NCBI RefSeq assembly: GCF_006345805.1
Contig: NC_043000.1
Span: 141,236,001-141,300,000 of the forward strand
DNA: 64,000 nucleotides
Direction: 5' to 3'
Source: Octopus sinensis
Lineage: Eukaryota
Below, in pieces: positions 53,521-64,000 of the stretch. The notes beneath the pieces are model-generated. The model did not search any database and was not told the DNA's origin. It saw only the letters and a list, made by a program, of their open reading frames with translations. Each line of letters opens with the position of its first letter. The first letter of the stretch is position 1. The position numbers were made by a program, and so were the translations under genes.

Positions 53521-54272
53521 TGTTTTTCCTCCTTTGATTAATCATGCTGTGCCAACCCCACCTGTGTCTGCCCCATCTCAGATATTGAATTAATCACAAT
53601 ACCCAATCCTTCCAGTTCCAAAATGTCAGTCCTTTGAAAGTCTCTCACTGCTCATGTCCTTGCAATGTGTGTTAACATTAATAACATGAATTTCACTTTT
53701 CTCTACACCCAGCAAGTAAGACAAAAAGCAAAGAATTTGACTCTACTATAGTAAGGCACCTTTAACTACTGTATATGTATGTTAGCTGCGCGAAAAAGGT
53801 ATAAAACTACCTAATAATAGGTCTTTAGCTAAAATCATATACATTTAATTATGATTCTAATCAGAACGTTGTATTCAACAATGCTTCAGTTAAACCAGCT
53901 GTGACCAAAAGGTAGTTGAACACTGAAATATGCTACTTGTGACAGATGAGTATTGCATACAAGGAGGCATTTCTCTACTGAACAGTGTCTCTTAAAGACC
54001 AGCTTATGACAGGAAACTGGAATACCAGCCGTATGTAAAACATCCTTCAAAAAGGAGGAATTTGAATTAGATCAGAATATGGTTAGAATCCCTTTTTTTT
54101 ATCATTTAGTCAAGGATGGACCAGCAGTGCTCATGACCCTTCTTTTTCATAGGACCTTCGAAACCAGTAGCAGAAATAATCTTCCATCAAGGGATTTGAC
54201 CCAAATGCTTGCGCCAGAGTGACCTATATTAAAGGTAGTAATTGGTGGTGTTAAACTAGGTGATGGAATAAG

Positions 54273-54746
54273 ACTCTCTCTCTCTCTTTACTCTTTTACT
54301 TGTTTCAGTCATTTAACTGTGGCCATGCTGGAGCACCCCCTTTAGTCGAGCAAATCGACTCCAGGACTTATTCTTTGTAAGCCTAGTACTTATTCTATTG
54401 GTTTCTTTTGCCAAACTGCTAAGTTACGAGCACGTAAACACACCAGCATCAGTTGCCAAGTGATGTTGTGGGGACAAACACAGACACACAAACATATACA
54501 CGCACACATACACACATACACACACATATATATATATATGCATATATACATATATATGCATATATATATATATGCTTATATATACGACGGGCTTCTTTCA
54601 GTTTCTGTTTAACAAATCCACTCACAAGGCATTTGCTGGCCCGAGGCTATAGTAGAAGACACTTGCCTAAGGTGCCACGCAGTGGGACTGAACCCGGAAC
54701 CACGTGGTTGGTAAGCAAGCTACTTACCACACAGCCACTCCTATGC
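54273..54746 (-). mobile_element. SINE family AB
   Basis: Reverse complement of the consensus. Confidence 0.9.
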
Positions 54747-55366
54747 TTAACCAATATTTATGAACTTAGAATAGAAAGAGCTGAAACAAATATTGACAGA
54801 TGTCTTGTCTGACACTCTAAGAATTCCACTGTTTTACTACCTTCGATTTTATTGAACCCCAAAAGGATGAGAGGTAAAACTAACCTTCATAAGATTTGAA
54901 TTCAGAATGCAACGAACTAGAATAAATACTGTAAGGTATTTTATTCTATTCTCAAATGACTACCAGTTTGAATGTTGAACATTATGAGAAGAAGCATCCA
55001 CATTCTTTATATTCTCTTGACATCATAGTTTGGTTATAAATACTTTTTTATTCTCACTGTCATGATAGTTTCAGTAAATTTTCTAAAATAAACTTTTGAG
55101 TTGAGTTAATTTAGTCCCTTGAGATTCCTTTGTATTTTGATCTCTTGCTGAGAATTTGATTGGTGTTGGTTTAAACTTAGTTAATTTGACAAAAATTTTG
55201 TTCTTATCACTTGATTCAATGTAGTGTTATATTGTTGTAAATGATTTATTTCATTTTACGTGGCGTCATGTTGTATGTCTAACATTCAAGGTAGTTTTGA
55301 TTGGTTTGTGTATTTGTTTAGTTATTTAATAGACGTGTATACATACATACATACATATATACATAT

Positions 55367-55403
<37 letters not shown>

Positions 55404-55404
55404 C

Positions 55405-55443
<39 letters not shown>

Positions 55444-55952
55444 GATATAGATATATATATATATATAGATATAGATATATATAAAACATACATACATATG
55501 TATATATATTATATATAAATTATATATATATGTATATATATATATGTGTGTGTATATATATATGTATTTTAAAATGTCATTACATTTATTACACGTTCTT
55601 ATAAACATACAGCTAAGAACACTTATACATAACTATGCACCCACGAACAACATAGTCGTACACTTACATTGATACACATACACACTCATAACCTCACAAT
55701 TTATATCTATTTATCTGTGTGTGTGCGTGAGTGTGTCTTTATTTCTTTCTGTATTTGTTTATCCATCAAAAGAAAATATTGTGTATACACAACAGATGCA
55801 GTCATGCAAGGGGTACTGCTGCCAATAACAAGCAGTTTCAAGGTGTGTTAATGGCTATCAGCATTTTTTTCTCACACACAGACATGGTAGCAGAATCCTG
55901 CAAATTTCAAAGCACTCCAGAAACACTTGATTAAAAAAAAAACTGCTGCTTT

Positions 55953-56531
55953 CGACCCTTTAGCATATAGATTACTCAGTCAAATGTAATGCTTGTTGTT
56001 ACCCCACATGCATAAGCGAATGCATGTTATTGTTATCACACATCTTCGTTTGTCTGTGTGTATGCAAAATTACTGGAAAATGGCTGAACGGATTTTTGCC
56101 AAATTTAGCAGAAATACTCATTGGGTGAGTCGCTCGAACTCATTATTTTGGTTTGATTATCTTCAAAACTGGCAAGCGATTAAAACTCTTTTTTTCTTTT
56201 GTTACATATGTGTAAATGATAAGCAGGGAAAATAACTTGTTGTCATTTTGACGAAATACGAATTCGTCTGAAAATATATTTATTAAATTAAATTTTATTT
56301 TACCCTTGTGTTTGCACAGGGTATGCATCACTCCTCCACTGCCTATCTTTTTCATCGATATTGTCTTCAATTAATTATTTATTATTTCATAGCTTAAAGA
56401 TCTCGATGATTCGATTATTTATTTTTAGAATGACATTGTAGAATAGTTGTAAGAGGCTGGGTCTAGTTGGTTTCAACATAAAACATAGAATATTTGGGCT
56501 GGATATAGCCAGTTTGAATGCTAAATGGTTA
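55953..56531. mobile_element. piggyBac-type MITE (CCCTTTAGCAT...ATGCTAAATGG-TTAA) with nested HINE/DINE-like element (~55998-56370)
   Basis: Inverted ends; the insert starts with hairpin CATGCAT-AAGCGA-ATGCATG followed by GTTTGTCTGT..AAAATTACTGGAAAATGGCTGAACGGATTT. Confidence 0.5.
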
Positions 56532-57458
<927 letters not shown>

Positions 57459-57988
57459 TATATAAATAAATAAATGGAGTTTAACGCAAGTATAATTCAA
57501 ATACTTTTACTTCCGACACATGTTTCGAAGATTTCCCTGATATTATTCAAAAGAATAAAAGGTGTAAAGCAATGTAATCTTCTCTTCAGATTATAGAGCA
57601 TGCATACCGATGTAAACATTGGCAAAAACACACCTTTAGTTCATATAAGTAAACTTTATCATTATAGATAATTTAAACATTAATTTTCTTTTTATATTTA
57701 ACATTCACTAAAAAATATCCCTCCTGTTTCTATAGGCTACTTCTGACGTTATATCATATAACGTTTTTTCAAGCAATACTAATAGCGTTCAGTAAATCAC
57801 TATACATATCCATCATTTTCTGTTAAAATATCTTATTGATGAGTTTCATTTCTTCACTTCCCTGAAGAGAAGAATTGCTTTACACCTTTTATTCTTTTGA
57901 ATAATATCAGTGAAATCTTCGAAACGTGTGTCGGAAGTAAAAGTATTTGAATTATACCTGCGTTAAACTCCATTTATTTATTTATATA
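57459..57988. mobile_element. Fold-back element with ~130-bp inverted arms (57459-57589 / 57862-57988) carrying hammerhead cores; Penelope pLTR-like
   Basis: Arms are reverse complements with few differences; both contain CTGAAGA...GAAAC..GTC. Confidence 0.8.
57856..57938 (+). ncRNA. Type I hammerhead ribozyme, complete core, predicted cleavage after C57932
   Basis: Stem I ACTTCC(57856-61)/GGAAGT(57933-38); CTGAAGA(57862-68); stem II GAAGA/TCTTC; GAAA(57921-24); stem III C-GTGT-G; GTC triplet. Confidence 0.8.
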
Positions 57989-58148
57989 TTATACAAAAAA
58001 TTCCACGTAAACCCAAAGTTTCTACCTTTAAAAACAAGGAGTTACAACCTCTTTACTTGTGTGATTTTTTTGCTACCCTGGTAACTATTTATCTATTTTT
58101 TCCGCGTTAATTGTTAACAAGGGAAAAATACACTCATCTATATATGTG

Positions 58149-58208
<60 letters not shown>

Positions 58209-58241
58209 ATAACGTTTAAATATTTGTTGTGCAAGATTTTT

Positions 58242-58272
<31 letters not shown>

Positions 58273-58960
58273 ACATACATATGCATATACATATGTGTAT
58301 ATGTATGTATGTACGTATGTTTGTATGTACACACATATATATGTATATATGTGTGTGGGTGAGCATGAGAGTAAACGTATACGGTAAAAACCAAAAAATG
58401 CAAAATAAAAGCAAATGAATATGAATTTGTAAAATCTTTTTATTAGCCATCAGTTTTGACACATTTTGATAAGACGACTCCATCTAGTGATGTAAATAGC
58501 CTTAAAGCTGCGAGGAACAAAAATTAGAAAACTGGAACAATAACAGGAACAAATGTGAGTGTATTTGAAAGTAAAAAATGCAAGATGGTAGCTGAAGGAT
58601 TTCATCACAAAAAGCAAGGTAGAAACAATGATCTTTCAAGAATTATAGCTAAAAAGTAAATTAGACTGGGGCCTTTCGATGTGGGTAAAAATAGCAAGAC
58701 AAAAAGAGAACAAAGAGTAACAGCAAAAAGACATCCATCACACAGTGTAGTGAAAGAGAAAAATGTCAGACTAAAGGAACATAAGCAGTGTTGCTTTCTG
58801 TTTAATTGAAAAAAAACAACATGAAAACAGCATGCGGAGAAGGAAAAATAGGAAGGCTAGACAAAAACAGGGACGGTTGGAAAGAAACAGATAGTGTTAA
58901 AGAAAGTGAGAGAGCCATGCAAACACATACATAAATATGTGCATATATATATATATATAT

Positions 58961-58996
<36 letters not shown>

Positions 58997-58997
58997 A

Positions 58998-59236
58998 ATA
59001 TTAGGGAATAAATCCAAATTTACAGGGAAAAAATCAGATTTAGGATTAAATCGATTTTATAGTAAAATATTATAAAATATTATTCGAGACAAAACCACTA
59101 TTTTTCAAAACAAACAAGGAAAGACTTAATCAATACATAAATTTTAATTTTGACTATTTATTAAAATTTATGTATTGATTAAGTCTTTCCTTGTTTGTTT
59201 TGCAAAATAGTGGTTTTGTCTCGAATAATATTTTAT
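58998..59236. repeat. Near-perfect hairpin (arms 59071-59148 / 59160-59236) between two (TA)n arrays
   Basis: Arms are reverse complements with about 2 differences; 11-nt loop. Confidence 0.9.
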
Positions 59237-59300
59237 ATATATATATATATATTATATATTATATATATATATATAATATATATATAATATATATATATAT

Positions 59301-59396
<96 letters not shown>

Positions 59397-59397
59397 G

Positions 59398-59430
<33 letters not shown>

Positions 59431-59980
59431 GTATATATATATGTACAAACATGCACATATATATCTCGCATATACATTCATATATATGTAATTTCAACAA
59501 CTAAGTGTGTAACGTATGTGAAATTTTTGAACCATATAAAACCTTTTTGTAGAAAAGGGTTTGTTTTTGTAATTTATGACTGACATATTATTTTATATTT
59601 ATGATTTGCAAAACAGATTTGCATCTATTTTAAAGAGTTTTTTTACTGTTTTTTCTCCTTCTTTATCTGCATTCACTTCAGTGTTGTTCTTTCATTTCAG
59701 TTGTTAGATATTCTTTGCTGATGTCTTTTTCTTCAAAGTTTATTACCAATTTTTTTCTCAGCGTTTTGTATTATCACATATTGTAAGGTTTCTATCCATG
59801 TTAGGCTGGATGTTTCCCTCTAAAACACAGCAGATTTTCAGAAAAGAAAAGAGTAATTATTTCATTTTGTGAAACAGCTAAACTACTACAAGAAAACTAA
59901 ATGCAAATCATAGAATGTTCATATGAATCAGCAATCCTAAAATACTGTCCTTTTTTCACTCTATCTGCTACTGTTGCTGT

Positions 59981-60173
59981 TGTTAAGCAACAAGACGGGT
60001 AAGGATGATTAGGTGATGGTCTAGGGCTTAGAGGCGTGAGACACCCAGACCTTGGGAAAAAAACTTGGTTGCCTTGTTGTAGTCGAGGGCTCTTTGTTGA
60101 CGCCCAACACCACTGGGAGGTGGCCCTCGAAGTCACTGGAAATGGAGATCTCCAGGTCCAAATTCTTGGACGG
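59981..60173 (-). mobile_element. 193-bp GC-rich insertion with 16-bp target-site duplication
   Basis: CTGCTACTGTTGCTGT at 59965-59980 and 60174-60189. Confidence 0.6.
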
Positions 60174-60962
60174 CTGCTACTGTTGCTGTAGTTGTTGGTT
60201 TCATTGTTAAGCCACAGGACTCTCTGATCAAAGGTTCTTTAAACATGATCAATATGACTTTTTGTATAACAAAGACTAAACATTGTGATTCACCTAACTC
60301 AGATTACTGAGTATTTCTATTATACTTTCCCCATCACATCATCACCATCACTAACATTCATCACTCTATCACTCATACCCTTTTGTTAAGAGTTTGGTGA
60401 TGAAGCAGAGATGTGGGTTTCTGTGGCCTATTTTGCCATGTCTTCAACAAGGCTATTATACTAGTGATGGTGTCAGGAAAATTACACCCAGTATATGCAA
60501 CAACGTATGAGATTGTGAGAATGCTTTTTGCCTTGCCAAGGACATATCATCTCTTTAGTGTTGGTGCTACGAATAAAGAACCCAGTACACTGGGTATTGG
60601 TGTTAGCAAAATCGTCCATCGAAAATTAAGAAGCTAAAAATGAAGTGTTATCAGGAAGTAGTCACCCAGCACATCTAGGTAGACATTAAACATTTGAGTA
60701 CCTACTAACTGCACCAATGATATCTTATGCAGCCAATATAAACATAGAAGGCTAACATAACAGGATAATGATAATGATAATGATGGTGATGATGATGATG
60801 ACATGGAAAATCATATATTGCCTATGTATATACAAACATATATCTATTTGTATATATACACACACACACACGTGTGTGTATGTGTGTGTAATTATGAGGA
60901 AACGTTGAAAATGCATCAAAGTTTATATCTGTATATGCATTCATACATATATAGACATACAT

Positions 60963-61325
60963 TACAAGTTCAGGTTTATACCTGTAATTACTGGAGCACT
61001 GGGATATGTAACACACTGCCTAAATACCAATCTTGAGAAATTAGACTTCTCAAAACCCGAAAGGAGAAAGCTGATTCGAAGACTACAGATCCAATCCATC
61101 ACTGGAACTGTAAAAATCTGTATAACTTAAGGAGAAATTTATTATTTAAGTATATATGAACATGTCTAGATATGCAAGTATATGCATGAGAAGACATACA
61201 TAAAACAAACCATACATACAAAAATACCCTGTTGTTGATGTTGAAATTCCATTGAAGGGGCTTTTGATCTAGGTCGGAAACCAGCTCTTTCTCCATTGGC
61301 AAGAAATCTTGAAGTAAAACTGAAT
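60963..61325 (+). mobile_element. 3' end of an RLE-type non-LTR retrotransposon
   Basis: YKFRFIPVITGALGYVTHCLNTNLEKLDFSKPERRKLIRRLQIQSITGTVKICIT* (IPxIxGALG motif) plus UTR. Confidence 0.7.
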
Positions 61326-61996
61326 TAGAAGCAGCTTCAGCCTGGGGTATATAAACAAAGTCGAACACACATACACACTGGGTGTGTGTTGTTCGAGTGT
61401 TGGCTGCTGCTTTTAGGCATAAGAGAATATATCATCTAAGTGCCTAAGTGTAAAAACAAATCACCCGAATATAAGTCACAGTCAAGCGAAACAACCCACA
61501 GCAGGTCCTTTCTTGGAGCGAAAGACATCGATCAGGTGATTTGACATAGAGAATATATTCTCTTACGCCTAAAAACCGCAGCCGACCCCGAACTAACAAC
61601 ACACACACACACACACCCTGAGTATGTGTGTTCAATCTTGTTTATATACCTCAAGCTGCTTCTGATTCATAGTTGAATTTTTTCTGTGGCATGAAACGTT
61701 GGGACATGCCAGCAGATGGTATCTAAACCATCTAGCATATTGTCATAATTGGCGATATAGCTTGTTTCAGCCCTTGTTCGGTTTGCGGTATTGATAAGTC
61801 GAAACAATGACGAAACACCGATGTCGGTTGCTCCATGAAAAGGCCTGATGCGAGATGTCTCGTTTGACTGAGACTTACTTTTAGGTGTTTTTTACACCAG
61901 GTGCAGAGTGAACATATCTTCTTACGCCTAAGAACCGCAGCCAACCCTCAAACTAACAGCACATACCCTGTGTATGTATTCAATTTTGTTTATGTG
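61321..61996. repeat. Three copies of one ~110-170-bp terminal segment (one inverted, two direct)
   Basis: 61321-61433 is the inverse of 61551-61669; third copy at 61858-61996; fourth at 47462-47618. Confidence 0.75.
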
Positions 61997-62009
61997 TAAT
62001 TAAAAGAAG

Positions 62010-63075
62010 TTTAACGTTTTAATATTCGTTCGGAATGATTTTATTTCTTGTGCTTATATGTATGAAAAATATAAATATAGTGATACGTTTTCAGAGAAGA
62101 AATGTTTTGTATCATAGTTCAACTGAAACGATATTGTTAAACGTATCATGAAGGTGAGTTTGGGATATATAAGATTTGTCCTTCATAGCTATCTATACGT
62201 TAACTCAGCAATGTTTTTCTGTTGTGTATGGTTCCCTGATTTGTTGTCGGTTTACCGTCATTCCTTTTATTTGTGTAATACCCATTTGTCCAATGTAGTG
62301 TTCTCGGCAAACTTTACATGTCATAATGTACACTAGGTTTTCCGAATTATTGGAGGAATTGTTTCTAATTTTAAAGGTAGAGATCTCTTTGAAGTGGTAT
62401 TTAGGACATTCAAATAAGTAACTACATACTCCGCAGTTGCTTACGTTATGGTCAGCCGTTTGACTACGTAGCTTTGCCTTGATTAAAATCCTTTTTAATG
62501 ATTTTACTTACTTTTTAATAATATAATTGCTTGTTTTTCCAAGACCTTTTCCTATTTATGTCCTGTAGAAATATTGGTAGATTTACATATATTTTAGAAA
62601 ACAAAATTCGGTGTTTCTTGGATAAAAAATTGAAATATATAGGACAGTATTTTCTTCTTTCTTGGGTTTTGATCTTCGAAGTTTCTAATGTCAAATTGCT
62701 GGGATTTCTGAATCGCAAATTCAATTAGTTTTATGGGATATTTTCTTATATGTATTTCTTTCTTTTACTTAAATATTCGGCTTATTGGTTCAGAGTTTGA
62801 TACCATTGTGTTTATTCATTCAGCTAGCCTGTATGAGATGCTTTTTCATGTGTGCTTTCAGTGACATGATTTGAAGAGGAGGTATTGTCGTGAGTCGGTG
62901 GGTTTAAAGTGAACATCGGTTTCCTGTAGTGAATTCCTTCTTGTAATTAGACTGTCTAACAAAGGAACTTTAAATTTGCTGAATTGCGTAGTTAAGTCAA
63001 TGTAAGTATTAAGCTGTTTATAAAATTTTTGAATTGTCAGTATTTTCCCTCCATAAAATAAAACAATCATATAGA
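62010..63075 (-). mobile_element. Decayed Penelope-like element (RT C-terminus + GIY-YIG endonuclease)
   Basis: VPLLDSLITRRNSLQETDVHFKPTDSRQYLLFKSCH (62858-63070) and NCGVCSYL...SENLVYIMTCKVCREHYIGQ (GIY-YIG, 62286-62339). Confidence 0.85.
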
Positions 63076-63387
63076 ATCCTCTTCCAGTTTTCTTTAATAA
63101 AAAAAGTAGCTGTATTCTTCTTCAGACGTTTCGGGTGATTTCTCATAGACTTATATTTCATGAAGCCCTATGACTAAGTTGGCACATGCGGGGTAATTTT
63201 TATGAGTGTATGCTTACATACATTCATACCGTCAAAATTACACTTATAGACACATATGTATACACACACACACACATACACATATACATATATATTCACA
63301 TAAACATACACATGCATAAAGGGACGTTTTACAGAAAACCACAAATATGTATATTCAAATGTGCAAACGAAAGTCAGATTGATATAC

Positions 63388-64000
63388 GAAATTGGTTTAC
63401 TATAGCACAGACAAATCTTGCAGCCAAGAATGAAACCACTGACTTGGCAGAAAACTATCAGCCCATTGCTTGTCTATACATTATGTGCAAACTCTGCACA
63501 AGCCGTCTCAACCAATCCCTTCAGGATCATTGCAAGTCCAACTGCACAGTGCCTGATAAGCAGGCATGAGAGATGCTGGAAGTGTGGGGTTGTGCCGAAA
63601 ACCTTTTGATAAACAATGCTGAACTGTCTGGCATGCATTTATACCATAGGTGCCTTGCCACGGTATGACTTGATTATAGGAAGGCATTCGTTCTTTGTTT
63701 CACAGTCATGGCTTCTGAAATGTTTAAATTTGGTAAACGTGCCTGCTACCTTAACTTCTGCCTCTGAGAGGCTCACGCAGACCTCAGATTTGAGAGCAGA
63801 TCGGTTGTCTCCAATGTTATATATATATTTCAAAAGGAATATTCCAAGAAGATAGTCCTTTTGTAATTCTGCTCATTTCGGCATTAAATCCATTTTCATT
63901 CCTCCTACAAAACATATAACATAACAAATAGTGACATGCTAGGGTCAGCAGCTACTAGAGGTACCAATGTAAACCATAATTACTTTGTGGATGACCCCAA
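63388..64000 (+). mobile_element. Decayed R4/Dong-like reverse transcriptase, runs off the window
   Basis: QTNLAAKNETTDLAENYQPIACL...WGCAENLLINN...LDYRKAF...NHNYFVDD; multiple stops and frameshifts. Confidence 0.82.

Noticed and set aside
63105-63190. Hammerhead-like CGAAACGTCTGAAG on the minus strand next to the Penelope fragment
   Set aside because: No CTGAnGA correctly placed upstream and no convincing stem II; too degenerate to call.

Overview
AT-rich eukaryotic DNA, most likely from an octopus (coleoid cephalopod). This is inferred from the dense tRNA-headed SINE families and the microsatellite load, not from a database match. I cannot support any intact host protein-coding gene; only a few weak candidate exons are visible. 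The window is a mosaic of: (1) about 30 tRNA-headed SINE copies in several modular families; (2) decayed non-LTR retroelements (RTE, CR1/L2-group, R4/Dong-like RLE elements, one Penelope-like GIY-YIG element); (3) decayed DNA transposons (Tc1, mariner, hAT, piggyBac-type MITEs, Helitron-like non-autonomous elements); (4) long microsatellites, which generate most of the long ORFs in the track. The best signals are hammerhead-ribozyme cores in head-to-head fold-back elements (a tRNA-headed SINE pair at 25.5-26.5 kb and an element at 57.5-58.0 kb with a complete type I core), three R4/Dong-like insertions sitting in (TAA)n tracts, a ~490-bp-arm inverted duplication anchored on a palindromic mariner MITE, and an X-RTE-X-RTE-X tandem built on a 45-bp target-site duplication. 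Repeat boundaries were read by eye and are approximate (about +/-10 bp) unless motif coordinates are given.
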